Virus record (IMG/VR): IMGVR_UViG_3300037493_003396
Location: 2,352 to 66,351 of that record
DNA from: a virus
Strand: one strand, 5' to 3'
DNA length: 64,000 bases
Position numbers and translations under genes: made by a program. Below the pieces are notes generated by a model. The model was not told the origin of the DNA, made no database searches, and saw nothing but the letters and a program-made list of their open reading frames with translations. Shown piece by piece: positions 1-9,832 of this stretch; position 1 is the stretch's first letter; each line of letters opens with the position of its first letter.

Positions 1-461
1 CAAAACAGATCGTAAAGCTCTTTTTCTGTCTTATCTTCGGCAATTACTTCAAACTTAGAATAGAAACTCTGATCGTATTTTGCCTGTGAGCCCATAACTT
101 TGATTAATTCTTCTTCCTGCGTATTCGGGATTTTCTTATAATTGGAACTCCAAGTAACCCCGACCATATGTTTTCCCGCAGGCACTTTTACCGAACTGAC
201 ATATTCTCTTTGACATAAATCAGCCCTCATTGGAGATACTTCGTTGACTAATTGAGCGGAAGATTGTTTGAATACATTCTCCGCCATTTCCCATGCCACC
301 TTGTCATCATAGACTTTTTCCGCTAGATTCTGAACATCATCGCTGACATTTAGAATTGGCGTCTTTGATTTACTTTGCGTTGCTTCTTTTTGTGGTGTAG
401 AACGCATTACGCTTTTCAATCCCATTACCGCACTTTCTTGTTTCTCTGCTAAATTGTTCAT
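1..461 (-). CDS. hypothetical protein, runs off the left edge (MNNLAEKQESAVMGLKS...)
   Basis: Read by hand: ATG at 461 with GGAGG RBS, open frame to position 1. Confidence 0.75.
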   Translation of the reverse strand, partial: MNNLAEKQESAVMGLKSVMRSTPQKEATQSKSKTPILNVSDDVQNLAEKVYDDKVAWEMAENVFKQSSAQLVNEVSPMRADLCQREYVSSVKVPAGKHMVGVTWSSNYKKIPNTQEEELIKVMGSQAKYDQSFYSKFEVIAEDKTEKELYDLF

Positions 462-519
462 GTAGCCTCCTTTTCTATAAAATGGTTAAACATCTAATAA
501 CTTCTCCGCTTTGGGACAT

Positions 520-549
520 AAAAAAAGGCACGACCGAGTCATGCCCTTT
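520..549 (-). terminator. intrinsic terminator
   Basis: Minus strand GGGCATGAC-TCG-GTCGTGCCT followed by T-run. Confidence 0.6.
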
Positions 550-570
550 AATACTCACAAAACAGAATCA

Positions 571-741
571 TTAATCATCATCTTTGGCAACTTCGGCAAT
601 ACTGTCTATTATCCAGTCAATAACTTTAATGATGTCAATATAGCTTTCATCAACATTGACCATTGCATCGTCTATATTATCAGCCGGAACAATATAAGTA
701 ATAGCTTTTGTTTCAATGGCTACTATTTTGAATTCTTTCAT
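571..741 (-). CDS. small acidic hypothetical protein (56 aa, MKEFKIVAIETK...)
   Basis: Hand-translated ORF with AAGGA RBS, ends just before the terminator. Confidence 0.6.
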   Translation of the reverse strand: MKEFKIVAIETKAITYIVPADNIDDAMVNVDESYIDIIKVIDWIIDSIAEVAKDDD

Positions 742-843
742 TTCTTATCCTTTTTAGGCGTGAATTGTTCACAAGTTAATTTCCTGGCGATATAAATGCC
801 CCTGATTACGCAAATCTTCTCCGCATTTCTGTGCTTGCAGTTC

Positions 844-1059
844 TTACAATACTTTTCCATGATTTTTCCTTATCAATGCTAATTCTGATTCTTCCACGCC
901 TAATCGTTTTAGGCATTTAGGACAATCTACTAGTAACTTGTCCCCTGTTGTCCGCAATCGCCCCTTATCCGTGTCTAATAACTTCTGATAAGCATAACAT
1001 TCAGGAAAGCGCATGCCAGCGTTATTAAACAAGCGGATATTCATATAATGAGTTTTCAT
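844..1059 (-). CDS. hypothetical protein with CPKC motif
   Basis: ORF track; start at MKTHY overlapping upstream stop. Confidence 0.6.
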   Translation of the reverse strand: MKTHYMNIRLFNNAGMRFPECYAYQKLLDTDKGRLRTTGDKLLVDCPKCLKRLGVEESELALIRKNHGKVL

Positions 1060-1223
1060 TTGATCACCAAAAACAGATAACAGATTAAAATCCCAATCCA
1101 AACGCCACAACAGATTAATAATACCGCACCGGCTAATTTAACCGGATGAATTCTATCTGTGACATTCTCTATCATGGCAATAGCGCCACGAAACAACATC
1201 TTATGCTTTCGGGTAAGTTTCAT
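1056..1223 (-). CDS. small membrane protein
   Basis: GGAGG RBS, C-terminal hydrophobic helix. Confidence 0.6.
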   Translation of the reverse strand: MKLTRKHKMLFRGAIAMIENVTDRIHPVKLAGAVLLICCGVWIGILICYLFLVIK

Positions 1224-1237
1224 TATTTTAACCTCCA

Positions 1238-1588
1238 TTATTTGAATTTATCACCCATGATTTTTTTGGTGAAGCCTATATCATTATCTGTTTCCCAATC
1301 TTCTTTCCCGCAACATCCACACACCAGACAATAACTTTCAAAAACTTGTCCGCTGAGTCTGTCCTCAATGACAACATTAGGCAAATAAGCCTTATTATCC
1401 ACTGCTGATAATGCCTCTTGATATGTTTTATACTCACCAACAAGAGAATTTTCAGATTCTTTTGATTCTTCAATTAATACTCTTTCCTTAAATTCGCCAT
1501 TATCAATGATTTTATACTTCTGATCGTAATGGAATACCCAATATCGGTTCGGCATTTTGCCGTCACCTATATGTTTTTTGTAATCCAT
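1238..1588 (-). CDS. hypothetical protein
   Basis: ORF track, GGAGGG RBS, tightly packed. Confidence 0.7.
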   Translation of the reverse strand: MDYKKHIGDGKMPNRYWVFHYDQKYKIIDNGEFKERVLIEESKESENSLVGEYKTYQEALSAVDNKAYLPNVVIEDRLSGQVFESYCLVCGCCGKEDWETDNDIGFTKKIMGDKFK

Positions 1589-1890
1589 TATTTTACCCTC
1601 CAGATAGCTTCCAGATCCGCTTTTTCTTCACGACTCAGTCCATATTCCATCGCTGGAATATCAATTAACTCCGGATTACCAATTACACGGATAAATCTGT
1701 TCTTATTATTCAAACAGACTGTTACCGCACGTAATTGATTTCTCGTGGCGCAGACAACACGAGCGCCGGATAGATAATTCTGATAGATTATCCAAAATGG
1801 TTTTGAGTCTTTAGGAATGAACACAGCTTTTTCAGCCGGTTCGCCCATATTCTTAATGAAGCAATTGTAATTCTTTTGATATGCGTTCAT
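1588..1890 (-). CDS. hypothetical protein
   Basis: ORF track; start reassigned to MNAYQ after GGGAGAAG RBS. Confidence 0.65.
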   Translation of the reverse strand: MNAYQKNYNCFIKNMGEPAEKAVFIPKDSKPFWIIYQNYLSGARVVCATRNQLRAVTVCLNNKNRFIRVIGNPELIDIPAMEYGLSREEKADLEAIWRVK

Positions 1891-1926
1891 AACTTCTCCC
1901 TTTTCCATTATGATGTTAATTGTTAA

Positions 1927-1957
1927 TAAAAAAAGGGCGATCATATAGACTCGCCCC
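1927..1957 (-). terminator. intrinsic terminator
   Basis: Minus strand GGGCGA-loop-TCGCCC followed by TTTTTTT. Confidence 0.65.
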
Positions 1958-1979
1958 ACTAAGTTTAGTTATTCATTGA

Positions 1980-2399
1980 TTATACGCTGAGAGCTGAGAA
2001 ATCGAACGCATGAGCGTCAGCGATTTTAGCTTTCGGCACTTTCGGAGCTTTTTGTATTTTCGGCTCAGCCAACTTCCGACCATGCAACCTGAACCATGAT
2101 TCAAGATACATCTTTTCAGATGTTTCCCAAATCCCTTTAGCTACCTGGAAGTTGAAAAAAGCATCGGCATGAGCATAAACTGTCTGAGCTTGCTCTTTAA
2201 ACGATGGCTCAAACCCTGTGGACAAGACAGTGAAATAAACTCTTTTGTCCTTGTCATAATAGCTCTTGTAGCCGTCCTTACTTTTGACAACCAACTTCGT
2301 ATTGGGACTAAACGAAAGCCCCGCAACCTTTGGTTCTTCGAATCCCTCAAGAACCGCATTTTGAATCCCAACATTTAATCTTCTAAACTTCTTGCTCAT
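1980..2399 (-). CDS. hypothetical protein, first gene of leftward operon
   Basis: GGAGGTG RBS, ORF track. Confidence 0.75.
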   Translation of the reverse strand: MSKKFRRLNVGIQNAVLEGFEEPKVAGLSFSPNTKLVVKSKDGYKSYYDKDKRVYFTVLSTGFEPSFKEQAQTVYAHADAFFNFQVAKGIWETSEKMYLESWFRLHGRKLAEPKIQKAPKVPKAKIADAHAFDFSALSV

Positions 2400-2555
2400 T
2401 GTGACACCTCCATAAATTTGTTTTACTTCATAGATGTAAGATTAACCGCTTAACGCACATGACACGCTCCCACCACCAACCATCTTCAATGCGCCATCTA
2501 AACGAGAGCAACCAACGCAAAAGAGGAACGACTCACGCCATTCCTCTCTACCATT

Positions 2556-2584
2556 AATATAATCATCGAACCCTTGTTTGTCAA
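2556..2584 (-). promoter_or_regulatory. sigma70-type promoter for leftward genes
   Basis: Minus strand TTGACA-17 bp-TATATT. Confidence 0.65.
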
Positions 2585-3037
2585 ATGCCAATTGACCAAT
2601 CAACCCGCGCCCCACGCCTGGTATGCATGTATTGTATAGATAGAACATAATCATATTAAGACAGCCAATCCCTAGTCATCTGATAGTGTATGAGCATAGT
2701 CTATTAATTGAGTAGCAATTAAATAACTCAATGATATTCGTTGTTGCGTTGTTAAATGATACAGATATGATCCCTTGCTTCTGTCATCAACTGGATACTT
2801 ATTACCCACTCTAAGACAGTAATTGGATACTTTGTATCCAGTAGTTCAATTTGACCTAGTTAAAAGAATTCTTTTCCCAGACCACCCCCTATGACCTGAC
2901 TTTCCTTTACTGAGGGGGGTTGATACTTCTTTATCCCAACTTCGTGTGTCACTCAGTCCTCCCAACTCCCTGTGCCACTCTGCACTTTAAGATAATGGTT
3001 ACTACTAAAATGATAGTGATTAAAAAGCATTTTGGTA

Positions 3038-3066
3038 TTGACTTTACTCATACATAGGGGTAGAAG
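3038..3066 (+). promoter_or_regulatory. possible promoter of packaging operon
   Basis: TTGACT-17 bp-TAGAAG; weak -10. Confidence 0.3.
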
Positions 3067-3105
3067 GGACTTATACACCAGTAGATTCGCGGATGGAGGT
3101 TGAGG

Positions 3106-3711
3106 ATGGTTCGGAGGCGGACGGGGGTTAAGAAGGGTGGTTATAAGCCGAAGGATGCGGAGATTGTGGATGGATTTAATCCGGTGAAGAAGGGAACCCC
3201 TGGGATTCGGGAGATACAAAAATCTCTTCAGGAGAAGGTGGATGGTCTCTTTGAGAAGGTTGCAGCTAAGGAAAAGTCGGTCGGTAAAAATTCTAAAAAA
3301 ACTACAAAAACGGTTGAAAAGGAAGATGAGGGGATAGTTGAGTCTGTTTCTCATGATAAGGCTTCAACTTACAGGATGTTGGCGGATATGCGGTCTGTTT
3401 ATAAGAAGGTGGGGGGCGCTAAGAAGCTGTTGAAGTTGATCAAGGGGGATGATAAACTTCTTATTACGATGGTGCGGGAGTTGATGAAATTTGAGACTTC
3501 TTTAATGGCGACTGAGATACGGAGTAAGGACGTCAATCCTGCAGGGGGGAATCAGGTGACGTTTGTTATATTGAAGGGGCTCCAAGACGAAGATACTGTC
3601 ATGGGGATAAAAAAGGACGGGGCGATCGATTTGGAACAGGTGGCAGATGCCATCAATCCATCCGCGGTTCCCAAAATAGCTTATGAAGAGGAGATGGAGA
3701 GACCGGAATGA
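3106..3711 (+). CDS. probable terminase small subunit
   Basis: First gene of late operon, basic N-terminus, helical core, upstream of TerL; position-based. Confidence 0.45.
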   Translation: MVRRRTGVKKGGYKPKDAEIVDGFNPVKKGTPGIREIQKSLQEKVDGLFEKVAAKEKSVGKNSKKTTKTVEKEDEGIVESVSHDKASTYRMLADMRSVYKKVGGAKKLLKLIKGDDKLLITMVRELMKFETSLMATEIRSKDVNPAGGNQVTFVILKGLQDEDTVMGIKKDGAIDLEQVADAINPSAVPKIAYEEEMERPE

Positions 3712-4379
3712 TACAGTTAGAATATAGAGGGGAACAGTTTTATTTCGAAGAATCGGCGACGGCGCAGATGTTAATTGATGAAATCTTCAGTGATAACTAC
3801 AAGGTATTTGAGAGAGAGGTGGAGTTAAAGGACGGGGATGTGGTTTTGGATCTCGGCGCGAACGAAGGCATGTTCAGTATTATGATTGCCAAACTGTTCC
3901 CGGGAGTTAAGGTTATTTCCCTGGAGCCGGTGCCGAAGACCTTCTACCAAATGATCAGAAATATCGGCTTGAATGGAGTAACCAATATCCGGACTGATAA
4001 TGTCGGCGTTGCCAAAAAAACAGAGCTGGCGCAGCAGGGATTGATGAATGTGAGTAATATGTATTCAGGCGGCTCGTCCTTGGTGGATACCTATAACCCA
4101 GCGATAACTCATCAGGTAAAGGTTAATTTATGTTCCATCGATGAAATTATTGGTAAGTATGGGCTGGACAGGGTCAAGTTGTTGAAGGTGGACATAGAGG
4201 GTTCTGAATATGAGGCGCTCTATGATTGCAAAAAACTGAATCAGGTTGATCACATGGTGGCGGAATTCCACATGAATTCCAATCTCCAAAACAAAGGGTA
4301 TGATGTCAAAGAGTTGGCGACATGGGTAGGTTCCCAAACGGACTTAGTGTTTTATGAAACCATAAGGATGAATGAATAA
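3708..4379 (+). CDS. FkbM family SAM-dependent methyltransferase
   Basis: VLDLGANEG, SLEP and LLKVDIEGSE motifs. Confidence 0.9.
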   Translation: MIQLEYRGEQFYFEESATAQMLIDEIFSDNYKVFEREVELKDGDVVLDLGANEGMFSIMIAKLFPGVKVISLEPVPKTFYQMIRNIGLNGVTNIRTDNVGVAKKTELAQQGLMNVSNMYSGGSSLVDTYNPAITHQVKVNLCSIDEIIGKYGLDRVKLLKVDIEGSEYEALYDCKKLNQVDHMVAEFHMNSNLQNKGYDVKELATWVGSQTDLVFYETIRMNE

Positions 4380-4381
4380 AT

Positions 4382-4454
4382 GCCGGTGTAGCTCAGTTGG
4401 TAGAGCGTCTGATTTGTAATCAGAATGTCAAGGGTTCGATGCCTTTCTCCGGCC
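4382..4454 (+). tRNA. tRNA-Thr (TGT)
   Basis: GCCGGTG acceptor, GCTC/GAGC D arm, TCTGA-TTTGTAA-TCAGA anticodon arm, GGTTCGA T arm; one T-T mismatch, no encoded CCA. Confidence 0.85.
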
Positions 4455-4548
4455 GCCCCAAAAACTGAAATAGGTGATTTTTTAAGTACCTTAAATTGTT
4501 CCACTAAATGACATAGCGTAATGGGCGTGAGACAACAGAAGGAGTGCC

Positions 4549-4646
4549 ATGACCAAGGAAGAAATAGACCATAATTTTAAATACCATCCCCCAAAAGCAG
4601 GTCAGCCGGAGTTGTATTTTCTAACGCAGGGATAGCGAGGAATTAA
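4549..4646 (+). pseudogene. internally deleted Acb2/Tad1-like hairpin protein
   Basis: MTKEEIDHNFKYHPPKAGQPELY joined out of frame to SNAGIARN-stop; AAGGAG RBS. Confidence 0.65.
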
Positions 4647-4647
4647 A

Positions 4648-6081
4648 TTGGCGGATAAGTCTTTTAAGGTTTTATTCGATTATACGGACATTCCCACTTG
4701 TCGGAAGTTTGCCATGTGCAATAAACGCGTCCGCATGTTGATGGGTCCGTTTGGAAGTGCCAAGAGTTCTACATGTGTTATGGAAGTAATAAGGCGGGCT
4801 CACGAACAGAAGCCCGGGCCGGATGGAATACGAAGAAGCCGTTGGGCAGTTGTTCGTAATACATACAATCAACTGCGTGATACGACAATTAAAACTGTTC
4901 ACGATTGGTTTCCGCCAAAATTATTCGGGGAATACCGCGTTACCGACCATGTGTATTTCATCACAAAGTTGCCAGGGATTCACCTTGAGATTATGTTTCG
5001 GGCTCTTGATAGACCCGATCAGGTTTCCAATCTTTTGTCTTTAGAATTAACGGGGGCATGGTTTAATGAAGCGAGAGAAATACCTAAAACGATTATCGAA
5101 GCTATGGATGGGAGAATTGGGCGTTATCCGTCAGGGCGTGACGGTGGTGCCTCATGGTACGGAATTATTATGGACACAAATCCCCCAGATGAAGACTCGT
5201 ACCTCTACAAAATGTTCGAAAGAGTCCGGCCGGACAACTGGGAAATATTCAAACAACCATCGGGCTTAAGCGCCCACGCAGAAAACACCAAACACCTACC
5301 CAAAAATTACTACCAGAATTTAGTCAAAGGAAAAGACGAGATGTATAAACGCATTTATGTTGATGGCCAATACGGCTATCTCGTAAGCGGCAAACCCGTC
5401 TTTTCTTCTTTTGTGGATAATGTCCATGTGTCTCGGAAAGTCTTGGAGCCGGAGAAGAACCTTGATGTTATTGTGGGGTTTGACTTTGGACTCCAGCCGG
5501 CGTGTGTTCTCGCGCAAGTGACTCCCCTAGGACAGTTGAAGATATTGGACGAGCTCGTTTCTGACGGAATGGGGCTAAAGCAGTTCTGCGAGAACCAATT
5601 ATTGCCTTTGCTGAGGCGGAAGTATTTCGGCATGAACGTAATGGGATTTGGAGATCCTTCCGGAACTTCAAGGTCGCCCACGGATGAATCGACTTGTTTT
5701 GAAATACTGCAAGGCGTCGAAGTCGGATTGAGAAATATCACCCCTGCTCCGACCAATGCTATCCTCCCGCGCGTGGGTGCGGTTGAGAGTTTCCTCAACA
5801 AGATGTATGTAGGAGAGCCAGGGCTTCTTCTTTCGCCAAACTGCCACTTTATACGGAAAGCATTTAACGGTGGCTACCATTATGAGAAAGACCCGAAATC
5901 TTTGGGCGACGAGTATAAACTAATGCCCATGAAGAATTTCAGTTCTCACATTATGGATAGCGTGCAGTACATGTGCATGTATATCGCGGAAAGAGAGTCA
6001 AGTCAGAAAAGGTGGAGAGAATTTCAAAGCCACATAAAGAAAAGAGATTATCGCCCTGGGGATTACACCATCGGCTATTAG
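4648..6081 (+). CDS. terL: terminase large subunit
   Basis: MGPFGSAKS Walker A variant, WFNEARE, DTNPP, VGFDFG nuclease motif, SHIMD. Confidence 0.93.
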   Translation: MADKSFKVLFDYTDIPTCRKFAMCNKRVRMLMGPFGSAKSSTCVMEVIRRAHEQKPGPDGIRRSRWAVVRNTYNQLRDTTIKTVHDWFPPKLFGEYRVTDHVYFITKLPGIHLEIMFRALDRPDQVSNLLSLELTGAWFNEAREIPKTIIEAMDGRIGRYPSGRDGGASWYGIIMDTNPPDEDSYLYKMFERVRPDNWEIFKQPSGLSAHAENTKHLPKNYYQNLVKGKDEMYKRIYVDGQYGYLVSGKPVFSSFVDNVHVSRKVLEPEKNLDVIVGFDFGLQPACVLAQVTPLGQLKILDELVSDGMGLKQFCENQLLPLLRRKYFGMNVMGFGDPSGTSRSPTDESTCFEILQGVEVGLRNITPAPTNAILPRVGAVESFLNKMYVGEPGLLLSPNCHFIRKAFNGGYHYEKDPKSLGDEYKLMPMKNFSSHIMDSVQYMCMYIAERESSQKRWREFQSHIKKRDYRPGDYTIGY

Positions 6082-6089
6082 GAGGAATC

Positions 6090-8360
6090 ATGGATATTAT
6101 CGAAAAAACTTTCAGTAAGCCAGAACGAAACTCGGAGGCGATGTCATCTTTCGGCTTCCGGTTGAAAAATCAATTCACAAGTAACGAAGCCCACCGTCGG
6201 GCTAAAGAATTGGAGTGGATAGAATCACTCCGCCAGATTAAGGGGCTTTATGACCCTGACGTAAAAATAGAGCAGGGCAATTCAAAGGTCTATCCGAAGA
6301 TTACCCGTTCCAAAATCAATATCGTTCTTTCCAGACTTCACGAAATGCTTTTCCCCGACAACGATAAAAACTGGGAAGTTCAACCGACCCCGGAGCCTTC
6401 TATCGACCAAAGTGTCGTGATGCAGATAGCCATGTCTCTAGTAAAGACAGACGAAAACGGTCAGCAGATTATCCCCACTCCCCAAGAGTTGAGGGTGGCC
6501 ATAGACAAATTCTGTGATGAAACCTGTGAAAATATGTCGCGGGTAATCGATGACCAACTGGTTGAAATGGATTACGCAGGGGAAACTAAAGAAGTTCTCC
6601 GGTCAGGCTTGATGTATGGAACCGGTATTATGAAAGGTCCGATGATCAACAAACGAATCAAGAGACGTTGGGAACCGTCAGGTAAAGGTGAGTTTGTCGA
6701 GAAGGCGACTGACGAAGATATCCCCCTGTATAAACGAGTCAGGGTTTGGGACTGGTACCCAGACATGACCACGACCGACCTTGATAAAATCGAAGGTTCT
6801 TTTGAACGGCATGTTTTTACGAAACACGATCTGAGGGATTTGCTGAAAAGACAGGATTTTTACGCAGATGAAATCAAGAAGTATATGGACGAACACCCCT
6901 CGGGAGATTATGTTGCCAAAAATTGGGAAGTTGACCTTCAGGTAATTGAGGTTGAAGCTGGTGCCGGAAAGAACTATAGAACGCTTTCAAGCTCGGCAGT
7001 TTCCGACGAAGCCAACCGTTCAACTATCCGGCAGTTAGGGAAGAAATATCAGGTTCTTGAATACTGGGGATATGTGGATGGATCTGACCTTGAAGCCTGT
7101 GGTGTGAAAGTTGACGATGTTTCCCTCGAATACGCCGCTAATGTGTGGCTTCTCGGCAACGTCCCGATCAAAGCCGTTCTTTACGAAGGAGCCCTGAACA
7201 CTTATAAAGTCTTTTATTACGAAAAAGACGAGACTTCTATCTTTGGCGAAGGGCTTGCGCGGGTCATGAGGCATTCTCAACTTGCTATTGCAGCTGGCGC
7301 CCGCATGGTTCTGGACAATGGAGCTGTTGTAGCCGGTCCGCAGATGGAAATAAACGTATCTCTGTTGTCTCCGGACACAGACCTGAACTCATTTTACGCG
7401 AGGAAACTGTGGTTTAGGGAAGGGAGAGGCATCGATTCTCAATACCCCGCTATCCGTCCGATTATGTTTGACTCCCACATACCGGAACTGCTGACAATAA
7501 TCGACGCTTTCAAACAGTTTGGCGATGAAGAAACCACTCTTCCAACTTGGATGATCGGGCAAATGGTCAATAATGAAACTGCCCAGGCTACTTCGGGGAG
7601 AATGGCGACCATTACCATTTCAATTAAGGACGTAGTCAAGAACTTCGACTCGTTCACGGAAAAAATAATAGCAGATTTATACGCTTGGAACATGGAATTT
7701 AACCCCCGCCAAGACATTAAGGGTGATTTTAGGTGCCGACCGAGAGGCGTTTCTTCGCTTGTAATGAAAGAAATCCGGATGCAGGCGCTTACACAGCTTT
7801 CCACAACGATGACCCCAGAGGAATGGGTATATATCGACCGGAGAGAGTTCCTCAAAGAAAAGCTCAAAGCCCACGACATCAATATCGAGCTTCGTTCTGA
7901 AGATGAAGCCGCGGCAATCCGTCAGGAAGAACAGAATTCTATCCAGATGCAGTTGGCTCTCGAGATGCAGAAGGCTGAAATCGCCTACAAGAAGTCCCAG
8001 ACTTTGGCTCAGTTGACCAAAGCCAAGGATAAAAACGTAGAAGCCCAAATTAAGGCTCAGACCCCCATCGAGCAACCTCAAGGAACCGACCCGAGAGTAA
8101 CCGACGAAGAAGTTGCCCTTGCTCAGACCGATAGAATGGGCAAAGAAGCGGAAATCCGCAGGGGTGAAGAGAGGCACATGATGGAAATGGCTCATGCAAC
8201 TGAAGATCATTCGGTGAAAAAAGCGGTAGATACCACCAAAGCCGCTCAGGAAATAGCAATAACTGGGAGAAAGTCAGAATCCGAGATGGAAATGAAGAAA
8301 AAAGAGCATGAACACAAATTAAAACAGCAAAAACAAGACTCTAAGAAAGGAGATAAGTAA
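6090..8360 (+). CDS. portal protein
   Basis: Follows TerL; YGTGIMKG, VLEYWG, FGEGLAR motifs, coiled C-terminus; start moved to ATG after GGAGG. Confidence 0.88.
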   Translation: MDIIEKTFSKPERNSEAMSSFGFRLKNQFTSNEAHRRAKELEWIESLRQIKGLYDPDVKIEQGNSKVYPKITRSKINIVLSRLHEMLFPDNDKNWEVQPTPEPSIDQSVVMQIAMSLVKTDENGQQIIPTPQELRVAIDKFCDETCENMSRVIDDQLVEMDYAGETKEVLRSGLMYGTGIMKGPMINKRIKRRWEPSGKGEFVEKATDEDIPLYKRVRVWDWYPDMTTTDLDKIEGSFERHVFTKHDLRDLLKRQDFYADEIKKYMDEHPSGDYVAKNWEVDLQVIEVEAGAGKNYRTLSSSAVSDEANRSTIRQLGKKYQVLEYWGYVDGSDLEACGVKVDDVSLEYAANVWLLGNVPIKAVLYEGALNTYKVFYYEKDETSIFGEGLARVMRHSQLAIAAGARMVLDNGAVVAGPQMEINVSLLSPDTDLNSFYARKLWFREGRGIDSQYPAIRPIMFDSHIPELLTIIDAFKQFGDEETTLPTWMIGQMVNNETAQATSGRMATITISIKDVVKNFDSFTEKIIADLYAWNMEFNPRQDIKGDFRCRPRGVSSLVMKEIRMQALTQLSTTMTPEEWVYIDRREFLKEKLKAHDINIELRSEDEAAAIRQEEQNSIQMQLALEMQKAEIAYKKSQTLAQLTKAKDKNVEAQIKAQTPIEQPQGTDPRVTDEEVALAQTDRMGKEAEIRRGEERHMMEMAHATEDHSVKKAVDTTKAAQEIAITGRKSESEMEMKKKEHEHKLKQQKQDSKKGDK

Positions 8361-8609
8361 ATGGGAATTGATTATACCGCCGGTTCGGTTATAAAACTGG
8401 CAAATCCTCAGAGGGCAGCGGCAATAGCGGAGTTTGGTGGGCTAAAATTTGAGGACGCTGGACGGAAGATACTGAATCTTTTGGAAATCCAGATAGATTT
8501 ACTCCGAAAAGACAATGATACCGCAAAAGGTGAGGAGGTATTGTGGAATCAGGGAGAAATCCGTGGGTTAATTCGTTTAAAGAGCTATCTGGAGCGCGAA
8601 AAGAAATGA
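8361..8609 (+). CDS. small head-module protein (Bbp19-like position, NQGEIRGL motif)
   Basis: Between portal and scaffold. Confidence 0.6.
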   Translation: MGIDYTAGSVIKLANPQRAAAIAEFGGLKFEDAGRKILNLLEIQIDLLRKDNDTAKGEEVLWNQGEIRGLIRLKSYLEREKK

Positions 8610-8749
8610 TTTGCAAACAGAATTTAGATGTGGTAGAAAAAAAGAAAGAATCAAAGAAGATAGAGGTAGAGAAAGACGAAATTATAGCTATTTTGAAAAT
8701 GCTTGAAGGTTTCAAGAGAAAATTGCAGGGCAAATTGAACCAAAGATAG
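8606..8749 (+). CDS. small hypothetical protein
   Basis: ATGA overlap with upstream gene. Confidence 0.45.
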   Translation: MICKQNLDVVEKKKESKKIEVEKDEIIAILKMLEGFKRKLQGKLNQR

Positions 8750-8775
8750 CTTAAAACTCAGAGTACGCGAGACAA

Positions 8776-8816
8776 AAGCCACTACTGGAGAAATCCATTG
8801 GTGGTTTTTTTATTTA
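8776..8816 (+). terminator. terminator-like hairpin before scaffold gene
   Basis: AAGCCACTACTGGA-GAAA-TCCATTGGTGGTTTTTTATTT. Confidence 0.55.
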
Positions 8817-8836
8817 ATAAAGAAAGGAGTTCCAAA

Positions 8837-9817
8837 ATGGAAGAGGGTAAAGAGGGAACCATAGAAAAAGCGGCAGCAGACGCACAGGTGGCGGATGATG
8901 TTTTTGGTGACGCTTTTAATCAGGCAGAAGGGAAAGACAAACCTGAATTAAACGAGGCGGATAACCCCAAAAATGTTTCCAATGAACCAGTAGAAAAGAA
9001 AGAGGAAGTAAAAGAGCCAGTAGCGGAAACCAAAGATCCGGTTATTCCGGGAAAACCAGCAATACCCGACGAAGAAGTCAAGTACGAACAACGCTACAAG
9101 ACTCTTGTCGGTATTCATAAGCACGATAAGGCGGAATGGGAAAATGAGAAGTCGTCCTTAATCGCGCAATTCGAAGAATTAAAAAAAGCCCCCGAACCCG
9201 GGGAAAAACTGACACCAAAAGAAGAGAAGAAACGAGACGATGCGATCAAAGACCTTTACGAGAGCCTTACTGAAGATGAGAAGGCGGCGATTAAAGAGTA
9301 TGATGCAGAGTTTGACATTGTCTCAAAGATGGAAGGAAAGAAACGAGAAATTGAAATGGCAAGGCTTAGGGCGGAAGTTGACGCTTTCAAAGCGGAGATG
9401 CTGTCAAAGCTGGCACCCACGGAAAATTTCGTTGTTGATATCCAAAGAGATAGGGAAATCAAGTCAAAAGAAGACCATTTCGGCAGTATCGGTCAGGCTC
9501 ACCCCGATTTCGAAACGTACAGGGATGACGGCTCCATTATGAAATGGATTGAGTCAAAACCAAAGTATGTTCAAAAAGGGATGTTGGAAGCCTATCAAAA
9601 AGGTACCGCCGAGGACGTTATTGATCTTTTGTCTGATTTCAAACAGGAAAACAATCTTCAGTCCGCTCCCAGCAATACGATAAATTTCAACGAGAAACGC
9701 GAGCAAAAACGGCAGGCATTATCGGCCGTAACTACAAAGCGTGGCGCTGTTAATCCAAGTATGGCTGTCGCAGAGGACTATGATAACGCTTTTGAAGAAG
9801 CCCTAAAGGGCAAATAA
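8837..9817 (+). CDS. capsid scaffolding protein
   Basis: Acidic coiled-coil protein immediately upstream of MCP, YEQRYKTL and AHPDF motifs. Confidence 0.75.
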   Translation: MEEGKEGTIEKAAADAQVADDVFGDAFNQAEGKDKPELNEADNPKNVSNEPVEKKEEVKEPVAETKDPVIPGKPAIPDEEVKYEQRYKTLVGIHKHDKAEWENEKSSLIAQFEELKKAPEPGEKLTPKEEKKRDDAIKDLYESLTEDEKAAIKEYDAEFDIVSKMEGKKREIEMARLRAEVDAFKAEMLSKLAPTENFVVDIQRDREIKSKEDHFGSIGQAHPDFETYRDDGSIMKWIESKPKYVQKGMLEAYQKGTAEDVIDLLSDFKQENNLQSAPSNTINFNEKREQKRQALSAVTTKRGAVNPSMAVAEDYDNAFEEALKGK

Positions 9818-9832
9818 CAAGGAGGATTTACA

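Noticed and set aside
2442-3354. Minus-strand ORFs 2442-2654 and 2953-3354
   Set aside because: No RBS, overlap promoter region or the plus-strand gene, no recognisable motifs
4612-4646. Programmed -1 frameshift making a functional mini sponge protein
   Set aside because: No clear slippery heptamer and the product would lack the central helices; deletion is simpler
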